DNA of 37,320 bases from Nitrospinales bacterium (GCA_046757665.1 JBHHYO010000018.1:1-37320); one strand, 5' to 3'; shown: positions 1 to 9,813, counted from the stretch's first letter. Notes: generated from the sequence alone by a model not told the origin. Numbers and translations are program-made.

Positions 1-1
1 T

Positions 2-442
2 ATTTATCTGGGAGAAGCCGACTCCTCCTGCCTGCGGTGGGAGCGTTTGCCGGAGATGGAGGACTGCGTTTTCGTCACCCGCGACCCGTTGGACGGCGTC
101 GCCCCGCCCGCCAACCTGTTTGTCCTCGACCGGCGCTTCCGCTACCCCGACCTCATCGCCGCCGCGGACCTGGTCTGCACCAAGGCCGGGTACTCCACCC
201 TGGCCACGGCTTTTCACCACGGCAAGCCGGTCGTTTCCTGCCGCCGCGACGACTTTTGCGAGTTCCGGGCGGTGAAGGATTACCTGGAGCGCAACCGGCT
301 GGGAGTGATCGCCGACACGCAAACGTTTTACGACTGCGATTGGGCGGCGGATATCGAAACGGCGCGGCGCTTCACCGTGGACGGCAAGGCGCCCCTGCGC
401 GGCGAGGATGCGGTTTGCGAAACGATCCGCGATTTTCTCTGA
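2..442 (+). CDS. GT-B fold glycosyltransferase-like protein, C-terminal part (5'-truncated by window edge)
   Basis: The frame is open from position 2 (IYLGEADSSCLRWERLPEM...). YPDLIAAADLVCTKAGYST...GKPVVSCRRDDFCE resembles the GT28/UGT C-terminal nucleotide-sugar-binding segment. Confidence 0.7.
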   Translation: MYLGEADSSCLRWERLPEMEDCVFVTRDPLDGVAPPANLFVLDRRFRYPDLIAAADLVCTKAGYSTLATAFHHGKPVVSCRRDDFCEFRAVKDYLERNRLGVIADTQTFYDCDWAADIETARRFTVDGKAPLRGEDAVCETIRDFL

Positions 443-516
443 TCCTCCCCCGTTTGAGCTATACTAAAAGCAGTTCGACCGCCCCACACCGGAAGAAAAA
501 TTCGCGGAGCCGGACG

Positions 517-2178
517 ATGCCAAAGGAAGCAAAACAGCAAACCATCGGGTTATACCTGATCGGCCGCCTGCACGAACTGGGCGTGCGCCATGTGTTCGGC
601 GTCCCCGGCGACTTCAGCCTCAAGTTTTGCAAATTGCTGGAGACGGACGGGCGGCTGGCTTTTATCGGCACGACGCGCGAGGACACCGCCGGGTTCGCCG
701 CCGACGGCTATGCCCGGCGGCACGACGCCATCGGCGTGGTGCTGGTGACCTACGGCGTCGGCGCCCTCGGCACCGTCAACCCCATCGCCGGAGCCCACGC
801 CGAATCCTCGCCCGTGCTCGTGATCAGCGGCGCGCCGGGAGTGGGCGAGCGCCGCGACAATCCCATGATCCACCACTGCTTCGGCAGTGTCGGCGCGCAA
901 ATGAGGATATTCGAAAACTTCACCTGCCGCGCCGCCGCCCTGGAAGACCGCTCACAGGCCCTGCGGCAAATCGACGAGGTGCTGGAGGCGATCTGGAGCA
1001 AAAAGAAACCCGGCTACCTCGAACTGCCGCGCGACATGATCGACAAGGAAGTCCAGCACGAAACCGATGACGATTCCTTCTGCCGCTACGAATCCAGCGA
1101 CGAGGAAACCCTCGAGGAGGTGCTGTCCGAAACCATCGGCCTCGTCAAGCAGTCGAAAACCCCGGTGATCCTGGCGGGAGTCGAACTACACCGTTACGGC
1201 GTGCAGAAGGAACTGGTACAACTGGTGGAGTCCGCCCGTCTGCCCGTAGCGGCGACCATCATGGGCAAGTCCGTGATCAACGAGCGCCATCCCCTCTACC
1301 TCGGCGTGTATCAGGGACTGGTCGGCTCGGAATGCGCCCGGCAAAAAGTCGAGCAAGCGGATGTCCTGCTCTCCCTCGGCGTCATGTTCACCGACATCAA
1401 CATGGGCATGTACACCGCGAAGCTCGACCCAAACCACATGGTCCGCGCCAATCAGGGCGAAGTCATCGTCAAGCACCACAACTATTCCCGGGTCACCCTG
1501 AAAGACTTTATTCTCGGCCTGGCGGGGGCGCTGTCGTCATCCGCGCCCGACCCGTATGAAATCGAGGCGTTCACCGGAGGGTTCGCCGCCGCCCGGCCGC
1601 CGGGCGAAAACGACGACCTGACCATGTCCGGCATCATCGAAATCCTCAACGCACACCTCACGGCGGACACGGCGGTCATCTGCGACACCGGGGACTGCCT
1701 GTTCGCCGCCACCGAGTTGAAAGTTTCCGATCACACCGCGTTTTTCGCCTCGGCGTTTTACGCGACGATGGGGTTCGCCGTGCCGGCGGCGCTGGGCGTG
1801 GCCTGCGCCCATCCCGAAACCCGGCCCCTCATCCTGGTGGGCGACGGCGCGTTCCAGATGACGGGCACCGAACTGGCCACCTTCAAAAAAATGCGCTTCG
1901 CGCCCATCGTCATCGTCGTCAACAACTCCGGCTACGAAACCGAGCGCGTCATCATGGACGGCGCCTTCAACGACATCCCCGGCTGGGACTACGGCAAGAT
2001 TTGCGGACTGCTCGGTTACGGCAGGGACTTCAAGGCGGAGAAGGCGGGCGAATTCAAATCCGCCCTGCAACAGGCCCTGGCGGACAAAAACCAAATGGCC
2101 GTCATCAACGCCGTCGTCACGGAGTCCTCGCGGAGCATGAGGCGCCTGGCCGGAGAAATCGGCCGACGCATGAAGTGA
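517..2178 (+). CDS. Thiamine diphosphate-dependent alpha-keto acid decarboxylase (indolepyruvate/pyruvate decarboxylase family)
   Basis: N-terminal VFGVPGDF, catalytic Glu segment TREDTAGFAADGYAR and ThDP motif GDGAFQMTG...NNSGY. ATG at 517 follows GGAG (506-509); the ORF-track start at 37 overlaps the upstream gene. Confidence 0.9.
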   Translation: MPKEAKQQTIGLYLIGRLHELGVRHVFGVPGDFSLKFCKLLETDGRLAFIGTTREDTAGFAADGYARRHDAIGVVLVTYGVGALGTVNPIAGAHAESSPVLVISGAPGVGERRDNPMIHHCFGSVGAQMRIFENFTCRAAALEDRSQALRQIDEVLEAIWSKKKPGYLELPRDMIDKEVQHETDDDSFCRYESSDEETLEEVLSETIGLVKQSKTPVILAGVELHRYGVQKELVQLVESARLPVAATIMGKSVINERHPLYLGVYQGLVGSECARQKVEQADVLLSLGVMFTDINMGMYTAKLDPNHMVRANQGEVIVKHHNYSRVTLKDFILGLAGALSSSAPDPYEIEAFTGGFAAARPPGENDDLTMSGIIEILNAHLTADTAVICDTGDCLFAATELKVSDHTAFFASAFYATMGFAVPAALGVACAHPETRPLILVGDGAFQMTGTELATFKKMRFAPIVIVVNNSGYETERVIMDGAFNDIPGWDYGKICGLLGYGRDFKAEKAGEFKSALQQALADKNQMAVINAVVTESSRSMRRLAGEIGRRMK

Positions 2179-2269
2179 ATCGGCGACCATTGGGGGTTTC
2201 CCATCGACTGCCGTCTGCGGTAATATACCAGGCGACCCGGACCGTTCCCTTTTAAGCGAGAAAAACACC

Positions 2270-5200
2270 ATGCTCCGCTTGTTGTCCCTGGCCGTCATTC
2301 TGTTTTCCCTGTGGGCGCCGCCGGCCTGGCCGCGGCAGGCCGAACCGGTGCGCCACGACCTGGCGGTGACCCTGGACCCGGACGGCAAGCGCCTGGCGGT
2401 CGAGGACCGCGTCACGCTTCCCGAATCCTCTGCCGGCTCCGGCCCGCCGAGCTTTTTACTGCACGCGGGACTGCAACCAAAATCGGCAACGCCCGGCGTG
2501 ACCGTCGTTCCGGTGGACGAACCGCCGGGGGGCGCGCATTTCGGCCCGGACTTCGATGCCGCGGACCTGCCGGGCAATCTGGAGTTGTTCCGCGTCACCG
2601 GCGGCCGGCGGGATTTCGTCATCACCTACGAGGGGACGTTGCACCATCCGCCCGAAAACAAGGGCACGGAACGCGCCCGCGCCTTCGGCGAAACCCCCGG
2701 AACCGTCTCGCCGGACGGCGTGTTTCTTGCCGGCGGTTCCTACTGGTATCCCTGGTTCGGCGACGGGCCGCTGACGTTTTCAATGGATGTCCGCCTGCCG
2801 CCGGGATGGGACGCGGTGAGCCAAGGCAACGGGCCGCTCCACGAACGCGATGCCAACGGCGCGCGGACGCGCTGGGAGTCGCCGGAGCCACAATACGAAA
2901 TCTTTCTGCTCGCCGGAAAATACACCGAGTACCACCGGCAAGCCGGGCGCGTCCAGGCGCAGGTGTTTCTCCGCAAGCCGGACGAAAACCTCGCCAACCG
3001 CTACCTCGACGTTACCGGACAGTATCTGCAAATGTACGGCAACCTGTTCGGCCCGTATGCCTACAAAAAATTCGCGCTGGTGGAAAATTTCTGGGAAACC
3101 GGCTACGGAATGCCGTCGTTCACCCTGCTGGGGCCGCGGGTGATCCGCTTCCCGTTCATCCTGCATTCCTCCTATCCCCACGAGATCCTGCACAACTGGT
3201 GGGGCAACGGGGTGTACGTCGATCCGCGCTCCGGCAACTGGTCGGAGGGCTTGACCGCCTACCTGGCCGACCACCTCATCAAGCAACAACGGGGCCGGTC
3301 AGCGGCCTACCGGCGCACCACCCTGAGAAAATACACCGACTACGTTCGCGGCGCGAAAGACTTCCCGCTGGCCCGGTTCCGCTCCCGCCACAGCTCGGCC
3401 ACCGAGGCGGTGGGCTACGGCAAGTCGCTCATGGTGTTCCACATGCTACGCAGACGGCTGGGGGATGAAGCGTTCGTTAACGGACTACAGCGGTTCTACA
3501 GACAACACAAATTCCGCCGCGCCGGTTACGAGGACATCCGCAAGGCTTTTGCCAACGCCGAAGAGTTGCAATCTTTTTTCGATCAGTGGATCGCTGTGCC
3601 CGGCGCGCCCAAGCTGGAGATCGGCAGAGCGGAAGTTGTCGCCGATGCCGGCGGATTTATCCTGAAAGCCGATTTACAGCAGGTTCAGGAAGGCGCGGCG
3701 TACCGGTTGCGCGTGCCGCTGGCGGTGACGCTGGGAGGAAACGCCACCGCGCATCAAACCACCGCCGTGATGAACGGCAAGCATCTCGCCTTGCAACTTC
3801 GCCTGCCCGCCCGGCCCCTGCGGCTCGATGTCGATCCAGAGTTCGACGTGTTCCGCCGCCTGGACCGGAACGAAATCCCTCCCGCCTTGACGCAGGTCTT
3901 CGGCGCGGAAAAAGTTCTGGTCATCCTTCCCTCGAGGGAGCCCGCCATGCTCGAACCGTTTCGCGGCCTGGCGCGGGCTCTGGCCTCCGGCCAGGCGGAA
4001 ATCCGGCTGGACAATGAAGTCGAGACCTTGCCCGCCGGACGGGCGGTGTGGGTTTTCGGCTGGAGCAACCGTTTTCGGGAGCAGGTGTTTGAGGCTCTGC
4101 GGGATTATCCGGTGACCACCGGAGAAGACGGCGTCAGCCTCGCCAGCGCGCCAGTGCCGCGCAACGGCAACTCGCTGGTGTTGACGGCCCGGCACCCCGC
4201 CGACCCGCAACGGGCTATCGCCTGGGTCGGCGCGGACAACCCCGCCGCCCTTCCCGGACTGGGGCGCAAGCTCCCGCATTATCACAAATACAGCTACCTG
4301 GCTTTCAAGGGCGACGAGCCGGCAAACTTCCAAAAAGGCCAGTGGCCGGTGACGGACTCGCCCATGACCGTTTTCCTGCCGGACAACACGGGCGCGACCG
4401 TCCGGGTGGAGCGCGCCAGACTGGCTCCCCGCAAGGCGCTGGCGGACCTGCCGCCGGTTTTCTCCAAAGCCTCGATGATGAAGACCATCCGCCATCTGTC
4501 CGCCCCGGAATTCAAGGGCCGCGGCTTCGGCTCGCCGGAACTGGCGCGGGCGGCGGATTTCATCGCCGAGCAATTCCGCGGCGCCGGACTCCTGCCCGGC
4601 GGCAAGGACGGAACCTACTTTCAAACCTGGACGGCGCGCGGCGGCGACCCGGAAACCTCGGCGACGATGAAAAACGTTGTCGCCATCCTGCCCGGAACCC
4701 GGGCCGAATGGCAGGGGCAGAGCGTCGTCGTGACCGCGCATTACGACCACCTCGGCCTCGGCTGGCCGGACGCGCGCGCCGGCAATAAAGGCAAAATCCA
4801 TCCCGGCGCCGACGACAACGCCAGCGGTGTCGCGGTGCTCCTCGAACTGGCGCGCACCCTCGGCAAAAGCCTCAAACCGCACCGCACCGTGGTTTTCGCC
4901 GCCTTCACCGGCGAGGAGGCGGAGCTTCAAGGTTCGAAATTCTACGTCGCCCACGCCGGACGCTTTCCCGCCGGGCAAATCATGGGCATGGTAAACATGG
5001 ACACCGTGGGGCGGCTGGGCAGGAACAAGCTGACGATTTTCGGCGCCGGCTCGGCCACCGAATGGCCGCACATCTTTCGCGGCGTCGGCTTCGTGACCGG
5101 CGTGCCGGTGCAACCGGTCGCCGATGACCTGGGCGCCAGCGACCAGAAAAGTTTCCTCGACGCCGGAGTGCCGGCGGTGCAGATTTTCAGCGGCGCCAAC

Positions 5201-5635
5201 CGGGATTACCACAGCCCCACAGACACCGCCGACAAGATCGACCCGGACGGACTGCTGAAAGTCGCCGCCGTGGTCAAGGAGACCGTTGAATACCTTGCCG
5301 GGCGCGACCGGCCCCTGACCTCAACGCTGGGCGGAAAAGACTCCGCCGCCGCGCCGGCAACGACAGAGACGAGAAAAGTCAGCCTCGGCACCATCCCCGA
5401 TTTCGCCTACGAAGGCCGCGGCGTGCGCCTCGAAAACATCGTGCCGGGAAGCCCCGCGGAACAAGCCGGACTGGCCGGCGGCGACATCATCAAACAAGTC
5501 AACGCCGCCGACATCACCAACCTGCGCGACCTCTCCGAGCTTCTCAAAACCCTGAACCCCGGCGACAAGGTTTCCATCACCTTCACCCGCGGCGAAAAAG
5601 AACACAAGACGGAAACCCGCGTCCGCGCCCGTTAA
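2270..5635 (+). CDS. Secreted multidomain peptidase: M1 aminopeptidase-like domain + M28 metallopeptidase domain + C-terminal PDZ
   Basis: Signal peptide (MLRLLSLAVILFSLWAPPAWP). HEILH...WSEG zinc motif. M28 motifs AHYDH, GADDNASG, FTGEE, NMDTVG and DYHSPTD. PDZ segment SLGTIPDF...PGSPAEQAGLAGGDII. Confidence 0.88.
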   Translation: MLRLLSLAVILFSLWAPPAWPRQAEPVRHDLAVTLDPDGKRLAVEDRVTLPESSAGSGPPSFLLHAGLQPKSATPGVTVVPVDEPPGGAHFGPDFDAADLPGNLELFRVTGGRRDFVITYEGTLHHPPENKGTERARAFGETPGTVSPDGVFLAGGSYWYPWFGDGPLTFSMDVRLPPGWDAVSQGNGPLHERDANGARTRWESPEPQYEIFLLAGKYTEYHRQAGRVQAQVFLRKPDENLANRYLDVTGQYLQMYGNLFGPYAYKKFALVENFWETGYGMPSFTLLGPRVIRFPFILHSSYPHEILHNWWGNGVYVDPRSGNWSEGLTAYLADHLIKQQRGRSAAYRRTTLRKYTDYVRGAKDFPLARFRSRHSSATEAVGYGKSLMVFHMLRRRLGDEAFVNGLQRFYRQHKFRRAGYEDIRKAFANAEELQSFFDQWIAVPGAPKLEIGRAEVVADAGGFILKADLQQVQEGAAYRLRVPLAVTLGGNATAHQTTAVMNGKHLALQLRLPARPLRLDVDPEFDVFRRLDRNEIPPALTQVFGAEKVLVILPSREPAMLEPFRGLARALASGQAEIRLDNEVETLPAGRAVWVFGWSNRFREQVFEALRDYPVTTGEDGVSLASAPVPRNGNSLVLTARHPADPQRAIAWVGADNPAALPGLGRKLPHYHKYSYLAFKGDEPANFQKGQWPVTDSPMTVFLPDNTGATVRVERARLAPRKALADLPPVFSKASMMKTIRHLSAPEFKGRGFGSPELARAADFIAEQFRGAGLLPGGKDGTYFQTWTARGGDPETSATMKNVVAILPGTRAEWQGQSVVVTAHYDHLGLGWPDARAGNKGKIHPGADDNASGVAVLLELARTLGKSLKPHRTVVFAAFTGEEAELQGSKFYVAHAGRFPAGQIMGMVNMDTVGRLGRNKLTIFGAGSATEWPHIFRGVGFVTGVPVQPVADDLGASDQKSFLDAGVPAVQIFSGANRDYHSPTDTADKIDPDGLLKVAAVVKETVEYLAGRDRPLTSTLGGKDSAAAPATTETRKVSLGTIPDFAYEGRGVRLENIVPGSPAEQAGLAGGDIIKQVNAADITNLRDLSELLKTLNPGDKVSITFTRGEKEHKTETRVRAR

Positions 5636-5650
5636 CCCGGTGCGGATTGC

Positions 5651-6802
5651 TTACCGCATCAGTTGGATGAGGTTGCCGGCGGCGTAGGCGCGGACGGCGG
5701 GCTGGGGGTCTTCGAGCGTTTGCATGAGGAGGGCGAAGGCGTCGGCGCCGCCCATTTTGCCAATGGCGCGGACGGCGGCGGTGCGCACCCGGACGTTGGG
5801 GTCCTGCAAGGCGCGCGCCAGCAGGGTGGCGCGGTTGTCCGTCGCCACCTCGCCCAGCACCCGCGCCGCGGCGCTGCGCACGCCGAAATCGTTGTCCTCA
5901 AGGGATGCGGCGAACACGTCCCGGCACGCCCGCGAACGGGTCAACGCCACCGCCGCCGCCAGCCGCGCCAGGGGATCGGCGTCCCGGCAGGCCGCGTCCG
6001 GCAAGTCCGCCAGCGCCTGGGCGGGCAGAAAACGCAGGGCCTGGAACGCTTGCCGGCGGATTTCCGGATCGGCATGACGGGTCAGCTCCAGCAAGCGGGG
6101 AAACAGTTCCGGCGGCGCTTTCTTGCCAAGGGCTTTTAAAACATAAAAAATCATCCGCCGGTCCCGATGGTTCAGCAGGGTTCCCAAATACGCCAGCATT
6201 TCCTCGTCGCCGATTTTTCCGAGGTAACCGACCGCCTGGTACCTGAGATCGGGATCGGGGTTTTTCAACATGCGGAGGATCAGGATGACATGCCGGGTTT
6301 CCCCCAGTTTGTAAAGGGCGGCGGCGGTGGCCAGGCGGACGGTCATTGCCGGGTCCGTCAGATAGGGGCGAAGCATCGGGAGGGTTTTCGCGTCCCCCAA
6401 CTCGCCAAGCGCCTGTAACGCGGCGGCGCGCACCCATTGGTCCGCGTCCCCGGCCAGCAGTTCGGCGGCAACCGCCGGGGTTTCGCCCGGCGCTATGGCT
6501 TGCAGGCCCTGGAGGGCAAACAGCCGCGTCGTCGGGTCGGCATCGGCGACGGCCCGTTTCAACAAGGGAACGACGGACGCGTCCCGGGCCTCGCCGGCGG
6601 CGCGCGCAGTGGCGGCGCGCACGAACGGGTTGTCGTGCTGTAACGCCCGCTCCAGTATGTTCAGGGACTGGGCACGGATTCTCTCGACAACGGCCGCCGG
6701 TTTTCCCAATGGCGCGGCGTCGGCAATATTCCCCGGCCCCGCCCAGCCCGGCAGGACCCACCCTGCAAGCAACAAGGCAACGATTACTCGAATGCTCTTC
6801 AT
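5651..6802 (-). CDS. HEAT/PBS-lyase-type repeat protein with N-terminal signal peptide
   Basis: Repeated L-x-D-x-D/N-x-x-VR-x-x-AA-x-AL units (DNPFVRAATA, DQWVRAAALQAL, DFGVRSAAARVL, DPNVRVRTAAVRAI) and a hydrophobic N-terminus ending PGWA. Overlaps the GT2 gene by 4 nt. Confidence 0.85.
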   Translation of the reverse strand: MKSIRVIVALLLAGWVLPGWAGPGNIADAAPLGKPAAVVERIRAQSLNILERALQHDNPFVRAATARAAGEARDASVVPLLKRAVADADPTTRLFALQGLQAIAPGETPAVAAELLAGDADQWVRAAALQALGELGDAKTLPMLRPYLTDPAMTVRLATAAALYKLGETRHVILILRMLKNPDPDLRYQAVGYLGKIGDEEMLAYLGTLLNHRDRRMIFYVLKALGKKAPPELFPRLLELTRHADPEIRRQAFQALRFLPAQALADLPDAACRDADPLARLAAAVALTRSRACRDVFAASLEDNDFGVRSAAARVLGEVATDNRATLLARALQDPNVRVRTAAVRAIGKMGGADAFALLMQTLEDPQPAVRAYAAGNLIQLMR

Positions 6803-7656
6803 CGCGTTTCCTCCCCGCCGAAGGCGGTTTCGTGTTGTTCAATCAGCATCCGGTAATAATCGGCTTGCCGCGTGTTATTGCGTTTCAAAAATCCCTGGAG
6901 CAGGACGCGGCTTTTGCGTACCAGAGTTTCGGCCACGTGCCGGTGGTCGTCGCTCCCCAGCTTGTTTTCGCGGAGCAGTTTTTCCAGGGCATAAACGCGG
7001 AACCGGTCCATGCCCCAGTATTTCCGGGACAACTGGTCCACGTGCCCGCCTCGTTTGATAATAAGCCTGCGGTCGATAAAATGAAACGGATACGTCAAGG
7101 ACAGCCGGAGCCAGAGATCGTAATCCTCACAGGCGGGCAGGGTCTCGTCAAACATTCCCGCTTCCTTGAAAAGACGCGCGCGGAGCATCGCCGAACTGGG
7201 GCTGACGATGCACAACGGCAGGCAATGCCTGAAAATATTTCCACAATATTTTCGATGCCGCTTGCCGGGGTTGACCCGCGTTCCGTTGCGGATCCAGATT
7301 TCGTCGGTGTAACAAACGGCGCATTGCGGGCGGGACTCCATCGCGTCCACCTGTTGCTGGAGTTTTTCGGGAAGCCATGAATCGTCCGAATCCAGAAAGC
7401 ACAGATACCGGCCCACGGCTTGCGACGCGCCGAAGTTCCTGGCCCGGGACACACCCGCATTGTCCGCCAGCCGGAAGTAGCGAACCTCCGGAAACCGGCT
7501 CACCACCGCGCCGGTGTCGTCGGTGGAACCGTCATCGACCACCAGCAGTTCGTAGTCGCGGAACGTCTGCCGTAAAACGGAGCCAACGGCCTCCGCGAGG
7601 CAGTATGCCCGATTATAGGTGGGGATGACGATGGAAACGCAAGCGCTGTTTTTCAT
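6799..7656 (-). CDS. Glycosyltransferase family 2
   Basis: VSIVIPTYNR, VVDDGSTD, GVSRARNFG, FLDSDD (DxD) and EDYDLWLR motifs. Confidence 0.93.
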   Translation of the reverse strand: MKNSACVSIVIPTYNRAYCLAEAVGSVLRQTFRDYELLVVDDGSTDDTGAVVSRFPEVRYFRLADNAGVSRARNFGASQAVGRYLCFLDSDDSWLPEKLQQQVDAMESRPQCAVCYTDEIWIRNGTRVNPGKRHRKYCGNIFRHCLPLCIVSPSSAMLRARLFKEAGMFDETLPACEDYDLWLRLSLTYPFHFIDRRLIIKRGGHVDQLSRKYWGMDRFRVYALEKLLRENKLGSDDHRHVAETLVRKSRVLLQGFLKRNNTRQADYYRMLIEQHETAFGGEETR

Positions 7657-7739
7657 TGGTTTTTAATTCTTGTATAATTCGGCAAAAGAGGTTAACTTTT
7701 TTTTATACACACTCTTGCCATATTCATCTTGAAGGACAC

Positions 7740-8090
7740 ATGATACGATCGATCCGGGTAAGCCATATTGTACTGAACACCGAGGCCCTGGCGAAAGTTT
7801 TGCTGGAGAATTTGCAGGACATCGAGGACCGGGCCCTGCTGGACAAGATGTTCGTCAAGCTGGCGAAAAAGTACAGCGCCTGCAACTCCCGCCGCAAGGG
7901 CGGCGACCTGGGCTGGCTGGAACCCCAGTCCAACGCGCCCGAACTGGTCGAGGCCACCCAGGCCGCGCCGCTGGGGAAAGTGTGCGGACCGGTTCGCACC
8001 CAGTACGGCTATCATATTTTCATGATCACCGAGGAAGCGGCCATGGGAGATACCGGAATCGACGGGATCACTGCCGGCACCCTGAGATGA
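7740..8090 (+). CDS. ppiC: Parvulin-type peptidyl-prolyl cis-trans isomerase
   Basis: VSHIVL, LAKKYSAC-x-S-x-x-KGGDLGW and PVRTQYGYHI parvulin motifs. ATG at 7740 follows GAAGGA. Confidence 0.88.
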   Translation: MIRSIRVSHIVLNTEALAKVLLENLQDIEDRALLDKMFVKLAKKYSACNSRRKGGDLGWLEPQSNAPELVEATQAAPLGKVCGPVRTQYGYHIFMITEEAAMGDTGIDGITAGTLR

Positions 8091-8115
8091 GCCGGGAACC
8101 GCTCCGCCACCACGC

Positions 8116-9186
8116 ATGACACAAGTCGAAGAAATTCTTAAAACCGCCCTCGCCGGCGGCCGCATCGACAAAGCCCAGGCCGTCGCCCTGTTCTCCATCA
8201 AGGACACGCTGATGCTGGGCAACGTTGCGTCCCGTCTCGCGCAAAAGAGGCGGCGGGATAAATCCGTCACCTACATCGTCGACCGCAACGTCAACTACAC
8301 CAACATTTGCGTGACCGACTGCACGTTTTGCGCTTTTTACCGCAAAAAGAACGATGCCGACGCCTATGTGTTGTCCTTCGAGGCCATCGGCAAAAAAATC
8401 GAAGAGACCCTGGCGCTGGGCGGCGGGCAAATCCTCCTCCAGGGAGGACACAATATCGATTTGCGCATCGATTATTTTGAGGACCTGTTCCGCAACATCA
8501 AGGAGCGGTACGACATCAAACTGCACGCCCTGTCGCCGCCGGAGATCGTCCACACCGCCAGAATATCGAAAATTTCCGTGGACGAAACCCTCGGGCGCCT
8601 GCGGGCCGCCGGACTGGACTCCATCCCCGGCGGCGGCGCGGAAATCCTCGTGGACCGCGTCCGCAAAGAAATCAGTTTCTCCAAATGCACCGCCGACGAG
8701 TGGCTGGACGTGATGGACCGGGCGCACCGCATGGGCATCCCCACCACGGCGACGATGATGTTCGGCCACGTGGAAACCCTGGAGGAGCGCGTGGAACACC
8801 TGATCCGCCTGCGCGAACAGCAGGACAAAACCGGCGGCTTCACCGCCTTCATCCTCTGGCCGTTTCAACCGGGAAACAACCCGCTGGGCGCGCAACAAAA
8901 CGGCCGCCACGTCACCGGCCTCGAATACCTGAAAACCCTGGCCATCAGCCGCATCGTGCTGGACAACTTCGACAACTTGCAGTCCTCCTGGGTGACGCAG
9001 GGGCCGAAAATCGGCCAGATGGCGCTGTTCTACGGCGCCAACGACATGGGAAGCACCATGATCGAGGAAAACGTGGTCCGCGAAGCGGGCGCCAGTTTCC
9101 GCATGTCCGAGAAGGAAATCCGCCGCCTGATCACCGACGGCGGGTTCATTCCCAAAAAACGCAACATGCGCTACGAGTACGTTTGA
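8116..9186 (+). CDS. mqnC: Cyclic dehypoxanthinyl futalosine synthase (radical SAM, futalosine menaquinone pathway)
   Basis: VTYIVDRNVNYTNICVTDCTFCAFYR (CxxxCxxC), LLQGG, SIPGGGAEIL, QSSWVTQG and GANDMGSTMIEENVV are MqnC-type signatures. Confidence 0.9.
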   Translation: MTQVEEILKTALAGGRIDKAQAVALFSIKDTLMLGNVASRLAQKRRRDKSVTYIVDRNVNYTNICVTDCTFCAFYRKKNDADAYVLSFEAIGKKIEETLALGGGQILLQGGHNIDLRIDYFEDLFRNIKERYDIKLHALSPPEIVHTARISKISVDETLGRLRAAGLDSIPGGGAEILVDRVRKEISFSKCTADEWLDVMDRAHRMGIPTTATMMFGHVETLEERVEHLIRLREQQDKTGGFTAFILWPFQPGNNPLGAQQNGRHVTGLEYLKTLAISRIVLDNFDNLQSSWVTQGPKIGQMALFYGANDMGSTMIEENVVREAGASFRMSEKEIRRLITDGGFIPKKRNMRYEYV

Positions 9187-9201
9187 CGCCGGAAAAACCG
9201 G

Positions 9202-9786
9202 TTAATCCAAACTCCCGTCCGCCGGCGGCTTGCGCAAGCAAAACGCCTGGTTCAAACCGAATATGAATGTGTGGTGGCCCACCAGTTCAAATATCCCCGC
9301 CGATAGTTTTTCAATCGTATCCGGATCGAAATAGGTTTCGTGTTCCTCCTCGATGTCCCTGGCGTAGAGTTTGAGTATCCACTCCGCGGATTGTTTGGGG
9401 GTGGTGAGGATCAGTTTGCCGCCGGGTTTGAGGACGCGGGCAATCTCTTCCAGCAGTGCCCCGGGATTCGGCAGATGCTCCACGACGGCCAGCAGGGTCA
9501 CGTAATCGAAATAAGCGTCCGGGAAATCGAGTGTATCCTTGACCTCATCGCCCAGCAGTTTATCCAGGCCATAACGCTCCTCGCACCGGGAGCGGCGCAG
9601 GAAATAACCGTCGCCGCAACCGATGTCCAGATGGCGCGGAGCGGGCGTCATGTATTTTTCCGCGTGAACGGCGCGTAGCCACCGGGTGACAGGCAGGACG
9701 AATCGGCCAATGCCGCCGCGCCTTCCCACGTAGGCCAGGGGAGGCAAACTCGCCCCGCTCTCGCCGTTTTTGTTAATCACCAGCAT
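9202..9786 (-). CDS. Class I SAM-dependent methyltransferase
   Basis: HLDIGCGDG (motif I), FPDAYFDYV, VVEHLPNP and RVLKPGGKLILTTP. Confidence 0.88.
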   Translation of the reverse strand: MLVINKNGESGASLPPLAYVGRRGGIGRFVLPVTRWLRAVHAEKYMTPAPRHLDIGCGDGYFLRRSRCEERYGLDKLLGDEVKDTLDFPDAYFDYVTLLAVVEHLPNPGALLEEIARVLKPGGKLILTTPKQSAEWILKLYARDIEEEHETYFDPDTIEKLSAGIFELVGHHTFIFGLNQAFCLRKPPADGSLD

Positions 9787-9813
9787 GTCGGCCCTTGAAA
9801 TCGAACATCAGGG

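Noticed and set aside
452..462. Identical 11-mer GTTTGAGCTAT at 452-462 and 14835-14845, both running into -10-like hexamers
   Set aside because: Two copies of an 11-mer that partly consists of the -10 element can arise by chance, and the downstream genes have no evident functional link.
37..516. 160-aa N-terminal extension of the decarboxylase in the ORF track
   Set aside because: It overlaps the upstream glycosyltransferase gene in another frame and is Arg/Pro-rich. Family similarity and an RBS begin at ATG 517.
2311..5212. Long alternative-frame and antisense ORFs inside the peptidase (2311-3468 +, 3674-5212 -)
   Set aside because: Shadow ORFs typical of GC-rich coding DNA, with no recognisable motifs.
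5898..7380. ORFs 5898-6842 (-) and 6346-7380 (+)
   Set aside because: Arg/Pro/Gly-rich shadows of the HEAT and GT2 genes.
8116..9186. CofH or MqnE assignment for the radical SAM gene
   Set aside because: IVDRNVNYTN, LLQGG and SSWVTQG...GSTMIEENVV fit MqnC better.
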